From Candidatus Marinacidobacterales bacterium (lineage in GTDB: Bacteria; Acidobacteriota; Vicinamibacteria; Marinacidobacterales; DATDRI01), in assembly GCA_965226495.1 (NCBI GenBank), contig OZ245365.1, positions 6,048,001-6,112,000 on the forward strand: a stretch of DNA of 64,000 nt, given 5' to 3'. Position numbers and translations under genes: made by a program. This document shows positions 51,974 through 61,669 of this stretch, in pieces. Numbering within the stretch: the first letter of the stretch is position 1; every line of letters starts with the position of its first letter. The notes below the pieces were generated by a model, which did not search any database, was not told the DNA's origin, and saw only the letters and a program-made list of their open reading frames with translations.

Positions 51974-52795
51974 TTAGGACTTCTTGATTCCGCGGCCGAT
52001 GACGAACTCGCCCGGCACATCATATGTTTTGCCGGTGCGGAAGGATTCGATAGAGGCCAAGTATTCCGAGTGTGCGTCATTGCGTGTTGGCTCGTCGAAG
52101 CGTGAGTAAGCGAGCGCCACGGGGCCACCTTCGAATGCGGCTCCACAGGCTGCTTCGGGGGATTCATAGTGAAGAATCGTGCTGATGCGATCGACCGCGA
52201 CGTCCGTGAAACCGGCAGTCTCGAACTTCCGTTGTAGGGTGTCGTTCGTGCCCATGAGAAAAAAGAGAGGACAAACTTCGGACGTGACGCGGTGGTCCAC
52301 AATGGGAAAAACCTCCGCCCAACCGCACCGGTCTCTCTGGCCCCATATCGCCACGGCGGCTCGACCTCCTGTCTTTAGGACACGGTGCATCTCCTGGACG
52401 GCTTTCGCTGTGTCCGGAACGTACATCAATCCGAGTGCGTTCAGGGTGACATCGAACCCACCGTCTTCGTATGTGAGCTGCTCGGCGTCCATGCGCTCGA
52501 ACATGACGTTTCCGATGCCACGTTTCTTGGCTTCCACCGATGCCGTTTCGACCATCGTCTCGGAAATATCGGTGCCGATGATCTCCCCGTCAGGACCGAT
52601 AGCTTCGGCAGCGGGGAAGGTGACCATCCCTGTGCCGCAAGAGTTGTCGAGGACGCGTTCGCCGGGTTGTAGCATCGCCATCTCGAGAAGCTTGGATTGC
52701 GCAGGTTCGAGCTGCTTCTGCCAGAACTTCTCGTAGTGGCCGGCCGCTTTATCCCAACCGTAGCGTTGTACGCGACGCTGTAGATTTGGATCCAT
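51974..52795 (-). CDS. Class I SAM methyltransferase (UbiE-like)
   Basis: VLDNSCGTG, DIS, MDAE, RVLKTGG. Confidence 0.9.
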   Translation of the reverse strand: MDPNLQRRVQRYGWDKAAGHYEKFWQKQLEPAQSKLLEMAMLQPGERVLDNSCGTGMVTFPAAEAIGPDGEIIGTDISETMVETASVEAKKRGIGNVMFERMDAEQLTYEDGGFDVTLNALGLMYVPDTAKAVQEMHRVLKTGGRAAVAIWGQRDRCGWAEVFPIVDHRVTSEVCPLFFLMGTNDTLQRKFETAGFTDVAVDRISTILHYESPEAACGAAFEGGPVALAYSRFDEPTRNDAHSEYLASIESFRTGKTYDVPGEFVIGRGIKKS

Positions 52796-52810
52796 CGTTG
52801 ATTAATTGGG

Positions 52811-53323
52811 CTAACGGACGATCTCGACCTTGCGCTCGAGATCGAGGGCACGGGCCCAGTTGTCGTAATAGGGACTATGTCGGTCGGCCATGTCGAGCAC
52901 CTTCATGACGTCTTCCTCGGGAGCGGTGCTCTCGAGTCTCACGACATAGCGGACCTTGTGGTAGCCAGGGGGTAACTCGTCGTGGCTGCCGAATCGGCCC
53001 CGTTCGTCGACGTCGGTGTGCACTTCGACTTCGATGTTGGACATGGGTACTTCGTATTTCGATGCCCAAAGAACATAGCCGATCGCCAGACATGCTCCGA
53101 AGGCGGCCCGCCCCAGGATGCCTGGAGTGGGGCCGGCGTCCTCGCCGCCCCCGGCCTTGGCCATGTCCGCGGTGAGCTTCCATGGGCCTTCCTCGATCTC
53201 ACATTTTAAGCCATCGACGAGTCGGGTTTTGGAGACCACTGTCCTTTGGCCGAGCGAAGGACGCACGTTGACCGCTTTCGCTTGCCGTTCGAAGGTTGTC
53301 TTGATGGTTTCTCGGTCTGCCAA
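52811..53323 (-). CDS. OsmC family protein
   Basis: GGEDAGPTPG, ACL, HSPY; GGAGG RBS before TTG. Confidence 0.85.
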   Translation of the reverse strand: MADRETIKTTFERQAKAVNVRPSLGQRTVVSKTRLVDGLKCEIEEGPWKLTADMAKAGGGEDAGPTPGILGRAAFGACLAIGYVLWASKYEVPMSNIEVEVHTDVDERGRFGSHDELPPGYHKVRYVVRLESTAPEEDVMKVLDMADRHSPYYDNWARALDLERKVEIVR

Positions 53324-53416
53324 ATTTCACCTCCAAGTGTGGGCGGCACATAAGATAACCTCAATGGCCGTCGGAGCGCCAGTCGCTCCGACTGTTTGCC
53401 GCTTTTCGGTCTTTTT

Positions 53417-53449
53417 GCCAGAATGGGGCCAGAATAGGGCCAGAATGGG
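53417..53449. promoter_or_regulatory. Three tandem 11-bp repeats GCCAGAATRGG (putative operator)
   Basis: GCCAGAATGGG GCCAGAATAGG GCCAGAATGGG in the divergent osmC/thiolase intergenic region. Confidence 0.65.
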
Positions 53450-53485
53450 ATCGCCCCGTTTGTTCCTGCCACAAGGAGAACTTTG

Positions 53486-54721
53486 ATGAAAGCCGCCTAT
53501 ATTATTGATGCCGTTCGCACTCCACGCGGAAGAGGGAAGCCCGGGAAGGGCGCACTGTCGGGAATTCACCCGCAAGAGCTTCTCGCGCAGGCGCTGGTAC
53601 AAATCGCCGCGCGGACGGAAATCGAGCCGAGCGAGGTCGAAGACGTCATAGTCGGCTGTGTTTCACAAGCTGGGGAGCAAGGCGCCAACGTGGCGCGGAA
53701 CGCCGTGCTCACCTCGGGTTGGCCGGTCGAGATTCCGGCGGTTTCTCTTAATCGTTTTTGCGCATCGGGTCTCCAGGCAGTGAATTTTGCCGCGATGGGT
53801 GTCGCGTCTGGCGCCCAGGATGTCGTCGTGGCGGGGGGTGTGGAGAGCATGTCGCGGGCGCCCATGGGATCGGATGGCGCTGGAGTGGACGGGAACAATC
53901 TCCGGCTCAGAGAGAAGCACTTTCAGGTTCCGCAAGGAATCAGCGCGGACCTGATCGCGTCGCGTGAGGGTTTCAGCCGCGAGGACGTGGACCGGTTCGC
54001 TCTCGAATCTCAGAAAAGGGCAGCTGCAGCGCAGAAGGATGGCCGCTTCGGCAAGAGTGTCTTCGCGGTGAAGGACCCGATGAGTGGCGAAGTGGTTTTG
54101 GAGGTCGATGAGCACCCTCGACCAGAGGCGACGCTAGAAGGTTTGGCGAGCCTCGATCCTGCTTTCGCCAAGCTGGGAAGCAAACCGGTTGGCCCGAACG
54201 GTGAGACCATGGACGAGATCGCTCTCGCCGTCTATCCCGAAGTGAAGACGATGAACCACGTGCATACAGCAGGTAACTCGAGCGGGATTGTGGACGGCGC
54301 GGGTGTGGTCTTGCTGGCGTCAGAGGATTACGTCAAGGCACATGGACTGAAACCGCGCGCAAAGATCCACGCTATCGCCGCGCTGGGCAGCGAGCCGATC
54401 ATCATGTTGACGGCACCTGCACCGACCTCCAAGAAGGCACTTGCCAAAGCTGGAATGAAGGCCTCCGATGTGGATCTGTGGGAGATCAACGAAGCCTTCG
54501 CCACCGTGCCGCTTCAGACTATCAAGGAGCTCGGCATCGATCACGAGCGCGTCAACGTGAACGGGGGTGCCATCGCTTTGGGGCACCCGCTAGGTGGCAC
54601 CGGCGCGATCTTGCTGGGCACCGCGCTCGACGAGCTCGAGCGGGCCAACCTCTCGACCGCCCTCGTGACGCTGTGTATCGGTGGTGGTCAGGGGGTCGCG
54701 ACGATTATCGAGCGAGTGTGA
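53486..54721 (+). CDS. Acetyl-CoA C-acyltransferase (thiolase)
   Basis: NRFCASG, NEAF, GHPLG, CIGGGQG. Confidence 0.95.
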   Translation: MKAAYIIDAVRTPRGRGKPGKGALSGIHPQELLAQALVQIAARTEIEPSEVEDVIVGCVSQAGEQGANVARNAVLTSGWPVEIPAVSLNRFCASGLQAVNFAAMGVASGAQDVVVAGGVESMSRAPMGSDGAGVDGNNLRLREKHFQVPQGISADLIASREGFSREDVDRFALESQKRAAAAQKDGRFGKSVFAVKDPMSGEVVLEVDEHPRPEATLEGLASLDPAFAKLGSKPVGPNGETMDEIALAVYPEVKTMNHVHTAGNSSGIVDGAGVVLLASEDYVKAHGLKPRAKIHAIAALGSEPIIMLTAPAPTSKKALAKAGMKASDVDLWEINEAFATVPLQTIKELGIDHERVNVNGGAIALGHPLGGTGAILLGTALDELERANLSTALVTLCIGGGQGVATIIERV

Positions 54722-54723
54722 AC

Positions 54724-55788
54724 TCACACACCGAGTTTTTGGGCGGCAAGCTTCGTCCCTTCCACTCGGGCTCGGATCTTTGCGAACGCCGTCTCCCGGG
54801 CGGTTGACATATCGTCGCCGAACGGAGAGAAACCGCAGTCGTCCGTCGTGCCGAGCCGCTCCAGTGGGATGAACTCGGCCGCTTCGAGAACGCGCTCCAT
54901 GACTTCCTCGGGGGCTTCGATCTCTGGGTTTATGGGATCGATCACGCCGACGAAGATCTTCTGACTGTCTCGGGAGTGCTCCTTGATGATGTCCAACACG
55001 CGCCGGCGATCGGGCTCACTGGCGAGCTGGATGTAGAAATTTCCTACGTCGAGCTCGAACAGGGTTGGTAGTAAGTCGGCGTAATCGACATCGGCGCTAT
55101 GGGTCGAGTCCTGATCGCCACCCGGGCAGGTATGAATTCCGATCCGTTGTCTCTCCTCAGGCGAGAAGCGCTCTGTCACTTGGGCGTTCAGGGCGATAAA
55201 GTTATTCATGACGCCCTTCGAGGGATCGAGCTTCACCGATAGTCTTCCCTCGGTGAAATCGATCTGAACTTTCTCGGCACCTTGGTCGAGACAACGACGA
55301 ATGTCCTTCTCGGCCTCTCCGACGAGGTCGTTCAAGAACTCAGCGCCCGAGTATCCTTTGATCCCGTCTTGCGGATAGAGAAGGCTCAAGGCAGAGGCGG
55401 AAATGACCGCTTGCTTCACCGGAACGTGAGCGTGCTTTTTAGCTTCTTCCAAATACCGATCGGCAAAGGTTTGATACCGGAAGGGGCCAGCGGTCAGCAG
55501 CGGGAGCTGACGCGTATGGCCGTCCTTGAAGGGAATCGTGACTCCGCCCGGCGCGAGGGTCTCGAGTCCGTGGATGGGGTAGGTCGCAAAACTCGGTTTC
55601 GTCTGCTCACCGTCGGTGATGATGGGGGAACCGGTGGCCTCGAACTGTTCGATGGTGTCGCGCACCGCCTGGTCGAAAAGGGCGTTTAGCTCCTCTTGCG
55701 AGATGCTTCCGGCGCCGAACGCCTGCATCCCTTCGATGAGAGCCTTTGGTCTTGGAATGCTGCCGATGGGCTCAGTCGGGATCGTCAT
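54724..55788 (-). CDS. Cobalamin-independent methionine synthase II family protein
   Basis: IGSIPRP, TDGEQ, HTC, DDCGF. Confidence 0.88.
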   Translation of the reverse strand: MTIPTEPIGSIPRPKALIEGMQAFGAGSISQEELNALFDQAVRDTIEQFEATGSPIITDGEQTKPSFATYPIHGLETLAPGGVTIPFKDGHTRQLPLLTAGPFRYQTFADRYLEEAKKHAHVPVKQAVISASALSLLYPQDGIKGYSGAEFLNDLVGEAEKDIRRCLDQGAEKVQIDFTEGRLSVKLDPSKGVMNNFIALNAQVTERFSPEERQRIGIHTCPGGDQDSTHSADVDYADLLPTLFELDVGNFYIQLASEPDRRRVLDIIKEHSRDSQKIFVGVIDPINPEIEAPEEVMERVLEAAEFIPLERLGTTDDCGFSPFGDDMSTARETAFAKIRARVEGTKLAAQKLGV

Positions 55789-55800
55789 TTTTAGAAACCT

Positions 55801-57162
55801 CTAGTAGACAACCAGCTCCAAGATTTCTAGGAGCCGTCTCACTCCCTGTTTCAACGACTCGACGGGCACGCGCTCGTCGTTTCCGTGGACGGTTTTGTCG
55901 AGCTCGGCTGGGACGATCGTGGGGTCGAAGCCGTAGCTCACGATGCCGAGGTCGCGAAAGAAGTGGCTGTCTGTGAATCCGGTGGAGACCATAGGGATGA
56001 CATCCGCCTCGGGATAGTGTTCCTCGACCACGGTTCGGATGGCGCGATAGAGCTCGGTGTCGGTCGTTGAGACGGCGGGTGTGAAACCCATGATTTTCTC
56101 GATCCGAATCTTGGGGTCGTTGACAATGGATTCGAGAAGCGCGATGAACTCGTCATGGTCTTGATCGGGCAACAAGCGGCAATCGATCTCGGCCGTCGCT
56201 TCCGGCGGAACGACATTGATCTTGTTGCTTCCTTCGAGCCGGGTGATGGTGCAGGTGTTTCGAGTGAGTGCGTGAAGGAATGGGTTATCGAGTTGGAGCT
56301 GGAGTAGAAATTCGGGATCCTTGATGGCTTGTCCGAGGCTGGCAAACTGCTGGCGGCGCTCTCCCTCTTGTTTTTCCGCCAGGCCTTCGAAGTAGATTTG
56401 AACCGATGGCACGATACGAGGTTGGAACTCGTAGTCATCGATTCTGGTGAGCGCTCCGAGGAGACGGCTGACCGATGAGGTGACGTGCGGGGTCGAGCCG
56501 TGGCTGGGTTCTCCCGAAGCTACAAGGCGAAGCCACAGCGGGACTTTCTGTGTGACCTCGACACCGAAGACGAGGCTATCGCCGTCGCGGCTTCCACCTC
56601 CTCCCTCGTTGAGAAGGAGCCCGACGTTTTCGAAGAGCTCGGATCGATTCTCGACCAGCCAACCGGCTCCGTAGAAGCCTCCGGCCTCCTCGTCCGCGGT
56701 GGCTACAAAGAGCACGTCGCGACGCAGCGGCTTTCCCGCCCGATGGAGGGCGAGAAAGGCCTGGAACTGCAACATGCCGGTGCTTTTCATGTCGAGAGCA
56801 CCGCGCCCATAGAGCTCGCCATTGCGAATCTCACCGGAGAGCGGGTCGGTGCTCCAGTAGTCTTCGTCTGCAGGGACGACGTCGGTGTGGTTCAGCAAAA
56901 CAAGCGTCGGCTCGCCGCCGCCCTTCAAACGAGCCCAGATGTTTCCTCGGCCGGGGGCGGACTCGGCGGTCTCGTAGGGAATCCCTTCGGCTTCGAGTAG
57001 CTTGGCGAAAAACTCAACTGCTCGCGATTCGTTGCCGGGCGGGTTGATCGTATCGACTCGGAGATACTCCTGAAGGCGAGAAACTGTCTCGTCTTCGAGC
57101 GATTGCGAGAACGCAAACGATGAGGAGAGTAGAAGCGCTAAAACCCACACGAACCTTTTCAC
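55801..57162 (-). CDS. M20/M25/M40 metallopeptidase, exported
   Basis: HTDVV, GRGALDMK, ADEE, NEGG, HGNDE; GTG start with signal peptide and GGGAG RBS. Confidence 0.9.
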   Translation of the reverse strand: MKRFVWVLALLLSSSFAFSQSLEDETVSRLQEYLRVDTINPPGNESRAVEFFAKLLEAEGIPYETAESAPGRGNIWARLKGGGEPTLVLLNHTDVVPADEDYWSTDPLSGEIRNGELYGRGALDMKSTGMLQFQAFLALHRAGKPLRRDVLFVATADEEAGGFYGAGWLVENRSELFENVGLLLNEGGGGSRDGDSLVFGVEVTQKVPLWLRLVASGEPSHGSTPHVTSSVSRLLGALTRIDDYEFQPRIVPSVQIYFEGLAEKQEGERRQQFASLGQAIKDPEFLLQLQLDNPFLHALTRNTCTITRLEGSNKINVVPPEATAEIDCRLLPDQDHDEFIALLESIVNDPKIRIEKIMGFTPAVSTTDTELYRAIRTVVEEHYPEADVIPMVSTGFTDSHFFRDLGIVSYGFDPTIVPAELDKTVHGNDERVPVESLKQGVRRLLEILELVVY

Positions 57163-57177
57163 AACCGTGCTCCCGGC

Positions 57178-57280
57178 TTCATCTCGTCGGGTAGGAACTT
57201 GAGCGCCACGTGGCGTCCCAAGGGGGGAATCCTCGGTTTCGTAGACGATTCCCATGCTTCCTCCGCCGATCAATTTCAGT
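57178..57280 (-). pseudogene. N-terminal remnant of a Ser/Thr kinase
   Basis: LIGGGSMGIVYETEDSPLG, then after a one-base shift RHVALKFLPDEM. Confidence 0.7.
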
Positions 57281-57354
57281 GGACCCTTCAAGGGTCGGTA
57301 TTATAGTCCATTGGAGCATTGCCCGATGGCAACGGGTCAGCCGCAGAGGACTCT

Positions 57355-57389
57355 GTCCGGACCGAGTAGCTTAAGGAATTACTTGAGGT
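57355..57389 (+). repeat. 35-bp direct repeat, copy 1
   Basis: GTCCGGACCGAGTAGCTTAAGGAATTACTTGAGGT; 34/35 identical to 61451-61485. Confidence 0.9.
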
Positions 57390-57395
57390 AACGAA

Positions 57396-59261
57396 TCACT
57401 CGGGGTAGTTGATCCGGCGCAGAAGGTCTCGGAACCGCGGGTCGGCGCGCAAGCTATCGAAGCTGGGATCGACTCTAGACAAGGTCACCAGGATTTCCCT
57501 CTGCTCGAGCGCCTTGTCGAGCCAATCGAAGGCACGATCCGCGTCGCCTAACGCTGCGTAAATCTGCGCCATGCTCGACGCTCCACCCCCCATCTCGCGT
57601 TGAGGTGGCCGCTCGATCAGCGCCGGGAGCAGCGCCTCGGCTTCGGCGCGTCGGCCCGTCATGGCGAGCCCCCAGGCCATTTGCGCTACATAGGGTGGTG
57701 AGTTTGATATTTCGAGTGCGTTGCGAAATTGTCCAATACCTTTGTCGTGCTGTCCCGAAAAGACGTAGGCCCGTCCAAGAAGCGAGTGGTTGTGGGGGCC
57801 CGCAGGGTTGAGTTCGAGAACTTGTTGCATTTGCGCTATGGCGTGTTCATATTCCCGAGCCATGATGTAGATCAGGACCAAGTTGGCTTTTAGCGGTAGA
57901 ACCAGCGGGTCGAGCTCCTCGGCTCGTCTGCCCATGGCAATGGCTTCGCCGTGGCGCCCGGCCGCGGATAGGTAGAGAGAATAACCGTGATACACATCGC
58001 CCGAGCTGGGGTTTAGCTCGATCGCCCGTTGGTAGTGCGTTTCAGCGTCCAACCAGTTCCAGTCGAGTTGATGGATCGTAAACGCTAGCGAGTAGTGAGC
58101 TTCGGCCACCGTGTCGTCAATCCTGAGTGCTTCGGCTGCGGTTGCTTTCGCCTTTGGGTAATACTCTGGGAAGCCCCACACGCCTAGCCAATGGTACGAG
58201 AACGCTAGACCAGCGTAGGCCGGCGCGAAAGCAGGCGCTTTGGCGATCGCTCTCTGGAAGTAGTCGAAGCTCTTTTGGTGCGATTGGACCCGCTGTTCCA
58301 CGTTCCGCTCGTGGATCGCCGCGTTGAAATAGAAAAGCGCCTTCAAGTAGGCTTGACTAGCCTCTGGGTCGATGGGCGCTGCGCGCGCCAAACGCGTCTC
58401 GTCCTGGGGTGTCAGGTTTACCCGAATCTCGTTCGCAATCGTGTGTGCCACGTCACTCTGCAATAACAGAACATCCCGCAAATCGCGCTCGTAATTCTCC
58501 GTCCAGAGGTGCTGCTCGGTGGACGCGTCGATGAGCTGCGCCGTGATCCGCACTCGATCCCCAACCCGTAGTGCTGAGCCCTGCACGATCGCGTCTACAC
58601 CGAGCTCCCGTGCTATTTCGGGCAAGGCTTTGTTCGAGCTCTTGTACCGCATAGCGGAAGTGCGGGAGATGACCTTCAGGCTACTTATCTTAGCGAGATC
58701 AGCGATGAGCAGGTCGGTCATCCCGTCCGCGAAGTATTCGTCCTCTGGATTGCCGGACGTATTCTGTAGGGGGAGGACGGCGATCGATCTAATCTGTTCC
58801 GAAGGAGCTTGACCCGCGAGCCGGTCTCGCAGGCCGCCTACGTTGAGCCCGATGACGATCGCGGCCGTCGCACAGAGCAAGACCGCGGTGGTTAGTACCG
58901 GGTTCCATCTTCTTCCTTCAGAGTGCGCTAAATGCTCGACGCCATCAACGACGCCGATGAACCGATAACCCCGGCGGGCCACCGTCTCGATATAGCGGGG
59001 CTTCTCGGCGGAATCACCGAGCGCCGTGCGGAGCTTTCCGATAGCGGTGTTGAGGCCCCTTTCGAAGTCTACAAACGTATCGTCGGGCCAAAGCCGCTTC
59101 GTGACCTCCTCGCGGCTGACCATTTCGCCGGGCTGTTCCAGGAGGATTTCCAGTATCTGAAAGGGCTTTTCCTGGAGCTTGACCTTGTGGCCGTGCTTGA
59201 GGAGCTCGCCGGCGCGCAGATCCACGTCGAAATCGTCGAATCGGAGAGTTCGGTTTGCCAC
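57396..59261 (-). CDS. OmpR/CadC-type winged-helix - TM - TolB_N-like - TPR regulator B
   Basis: wHTH ending IETVARRGYRF; TM; SIAVLPL, YFADGMTD; TPR repeats; GTG start at 59261. Confidence 0.9.
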   Translation of the reverse strand: MANRTLRFDDFDVDLRAGELLKHGHKVKLQEKPFQILEILLEQPGEMVSREEVTKRLWPDDTFVDFERGLNTAIGKLRTALGDSAEKPRYIETVARRGYRFIGVVDGVEHLAHSEGRRWNPVLTTAVLLCATAAIVIGLNVGGLRDRLAGQAPSEQIRSIAVLPLQNTSGNPEDEYFADGMTDLLIADLAKISSLKVISRTSAMRYKSSNKALPEIARELGVDAIVQGSALRVGDRVRITAQLIDASTEQHLWTENYERDLRDVLLLQSDVAHTIANEIRVNLTPQDETRLARAAPIDPEASQAYLKALFYFNAAIHERNVEQRVQSHQKSFDYFQRAIAKAPAFAPAYAGLAFSYHWLGVWGFPEYYPKAKATAAEALRIDDTVAEAHYSLAFTIHQLDWNWLDAETHYQRAIELNPSSGDVYHGYSLYLSAAGRHGEAIAMGRRAEELDPLVLPLKANLVLIYIMAREYEHAIAQMQQVLELNPAGPHNHSLLGRAYVFSGQHDKGIGQFRNALEISNSPPYVAQMAWGLAMTGRRAEAEALLPALIERPPQREMGGGASSMAQIYAALGDADRAFDWLDKALEQREILVTLSRVDPSFDSLRADPRFRDLLRRINYPE

Positions 59262-59266
59262 GTAGT

Positions 59267-61375
59267 TCAACTCGTCCCGGGATCGGAACGCGAATACTTC
59301 TTCACGAGCTGCTCGTAGCCGGGATGGTCGCGCAACGGATCCCACAATGGATCCAACTCAAGCCGGGCTACCGACATGATGTCTGACGGGATACTGAGCA
59401 GGGTGTCGAGCTCCTCCAAAGCAGCATCGTCATGTCCAAGCATCGTATAGATCAGCGCCAAGTCGCGCACGCGTGCGTGCCCGCGATCGGGATCGACCTC
59501 AACCGGGACTAAATTGACGGCCTCCTGACCCGCTGCCATGGCTTCCTTCGCGTGACCAAGGCCGGCATGAGCGATCCCGAGGGCACTGTGGATTCGCGGA
59601 TCCCTCGGCCGGTCGCGTAGCTCTGTTTCGAGAACCGCTAGTGCGTCTGCGTAGGCAGAGTCCGCCATGTCTTCCTCGCCAAGTAGTTCGTAAGTTTGAG
59701 CGGCGAGCAGCGCCTTAGGATAGAACCACGTCACCAGATTAAAGGCTTCCTGGGGGGCGGAGCTCACCTTGTCTAGGGCTTCCTCGAACTTTCTTTCGAA
59801 AAGCAGCTGCCGCCACCAGAGCGCCACAGCTACGTCCTGGCTTTGATCTGGAAGCGACGAGACGGCGTCCCGAGCTCTGTCTAAGTCACCCTTCAGCCAA
59901 CTGTTCATTGCGATGAAGATGTGTGTGACGGTCTCCTCGGGGGCGATCGTGAGAAGCAACTCGAGGTAGTGATCGGCCTCCGGGTAACGTCGGAGGCTGT
60001 ACAGTGTCCTTGCAATGTCGGCAGCCAAAGCCTCGTTTCGGGGGTCGAGCCCGTAGGCTTGCTTGAGTCCTGCCAGAGCTTCGTCGAAGTGACCCTGACG
60101 TTTCTTTACGTGAGCCACGAGCCGATAAACAACCGTGTTGTTGGGCAGGCCGTCCGCAGCTATCGTGACCTCCTCCATCGCGCGCGGATAATCACTGTAG
60201 CCCCAAAGGTAAAGGATCCCTTGTGCCCGGTGCGTCTCTGGAAGATCGGGGTCGATATCGAACGCGCGCGCCAACGCCTGTTCCGCGAGCTCGAGTCTTC
60301 CTGGTGAGGGATCGTGACGGTAGAACCAGGCGTGAGCGTTCGCCAGCTCGGCATAGGCTTTTGCAAAGCGGGGATCGAGTTCCACGGCCTTCTCTAGCCA
60401 CTCGATAGCAAGCCGGGCGTCCTCCACCGGAGGAACCCACATATGGGTCAGCCCGCGGACATAGGCCTGGTAGGCTTCCGGGTTATCCGTCGGATTCGTG
60501 TCGAGGGACTTCTGCTCCGCCGCCAGCAAGTTCACGCCGAGCTGATCGATTACCTTCCGCGCGATGTCCGTTTGCAGGCGGAAGATGTCATCCGTCGCTC
60601 CCTCGTATGGCTCCGACCAGATCTGGGTATCATCGGAAACCCGGATGAGTTGCGGCGTGACACGCACGTGACCCTCTCGCCAACGGACGGTGCCTCCCAG
60701 GATGTAGTGAACGTCAAGCTCTTCGCCGATCTGCTGAGTGCGCTTGTCCGTATTCTTGTACTTGATAGCGCTGTTTCGCGAGATCACGCCGATCGCTCTG
60801 ACGACCGCCAGGTGACTGGTGATCTCCTGGGTCATCCCTTCGGCGAAGTAATGATCTTCCGGTTGTCCCAGGTCTTCGAAGGGCAGGACTACGATCTTGG
60901 GACGCTCCGTCGTTTGAATCGGAGGAGAGGTGCGCCAGAGGAGTAGGTAGCCCGCGATCGCTGCAACGACTGCAGCAGCCACGACGGTAACGATGGCGGT
61001 CTTGCGGTTGGAGGATGGTCTGTCTATGGGACCAACCGACGGGTCGATGGAGCCGATGAACCGGTAACCCCGGCGGGCCACGGTCTCGATGTAGCGGGGC
61101 TTCTCGGCGGAATCCCCGAGCGCGGTGCGGAGCTTTCCTATGGCGGTGTTGAGACCTCTCTCGAAATCCACGAACGTGTCGTCCGGCCATAGCCGCTTGG
61201 TGAGCTCCTCCCGGTCGATCATGTGCCCGGGCCGTTCTAGGAGGATGGCTAGAATCTCAAACGGCTTTTCTTGAAGCTTGACTTTGCGTCCGCGCCGGTG
61301 GAGCTCGGCGGAGTGAAGGTCGACCTCGAAATCGCCGAAACGGAGGGTGTCCGAGGGCTCAACGCTAGGTTTCAT
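59267..61375 (-). CDS. OmpR/CadC-type winged-helix - TM - TolB_N-like - TPR regulator A
   Basis: Same architecture: IVVLPFE, YFAEGMT, TPRs, WDPLRDHP. Confidence 0.9.
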   Translation of the reverse strand: MKPSVEPSDTLRFGDFEVDLHSAELHRRGRKVKLQEKPFEILAILLERPGHMIDREELTKRLWPDDTFVDFERGLNTAIGKLRTALGDSAEKPRYIETVARRGYRFIGSIDPSVGPIDRPSSNRKTAIVTVVAAAVVAAIAGYLLLWRTSPPIQTTERPKIVVLPFEDLGQPEDHYFAEGMTQEITSHLAVVRAIGVISRNSAIKYKNTDKRTQQIGEELDVHYILGGTVRWREGHVRVTPQLIRVSDDTQIWSEPYEGATDDIFRLQTDIARKVIDQLGVNLLAAEQKSLDTNPTDNPEAYQAYVRGLTHMWVPPVEDARLAIEWLEKAVELDPRFAKAYAELANAHAWFYRHDPSPGRLELAEQALARAFDIDPDLPETHRAQGILYLWGYSDYPRAMEEVTIAADGLPNNTVVYRLVAHVKKRQGHFDEALAGLKQAYGLDPRNEALAADIARTLYSLRRYPEADHYLELLLTIAPEETVTHIFIAMNSWLKGDLDRARDAVSSLPDQSQDVAVALWWRQLLFERKFEEALDKVSSAPQEAFNLVTWFYPKALLAAQTYELLGEEDMADSAYADALAVLETELRDRPRDPRIHSALGIAHAGLGHAKEAMAAGQEAVNLVPVEVDPDRGHARVRDLALIYTMLGHDDAALEELDTLLSIPSDIMSVARLELDPLWDPLRDHPGYEQLVKKYSRSDPGTS

Positions 61376-61450
61376 GAGGCTGGCCGCCTGCTCGCGCTCA
61401 ATCTACACCCTGGGAGCCGTCGGCGTCGAGCCTATCCGCTGAACGAACTC

Positions 61451-61485
61451 GTCCGGACCGAGTCGCTTAAGGAATTACTTGAGGT
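61451..61485 (+). repeat. 35-bp direct repeat, copy 2
   Basis: GTCCGGACCGAGTCGCTTAAGGAATTACTTGAGGT. Confidence 0.9.
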
Positions 61486-61669
61486 CGACCGCCCTCGAGG
61501 CGGTTCGAAGATCTCAACTCCCGCTCATCCGATCAGCCCTCCAGAAACCACAGTCTCTTTATTTTTAGTCACTTAGAAGGTTATCCGCAGTTTAGCGACG
61601 GATCGCTCGCGGTCCATTTATGCCTGCCCGCCCCTGTCCCACATTGGCCTCAGTTCAAAGGAGGCGGTC

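Noticed and set aside
54724-55800. SAM or cobalamin riboswitch for the MetE-like gene
   Set aside because: Only 12 bp separate it from the upstream gene, leaving no room.
55801-57291. Kinase-peptidase fusion suggested by the 496-aa ORF
   Set aside because: The kinase part is a short frameshifted relic; the peptidase has its own RBS, GTG start and signal peptide at 57162.
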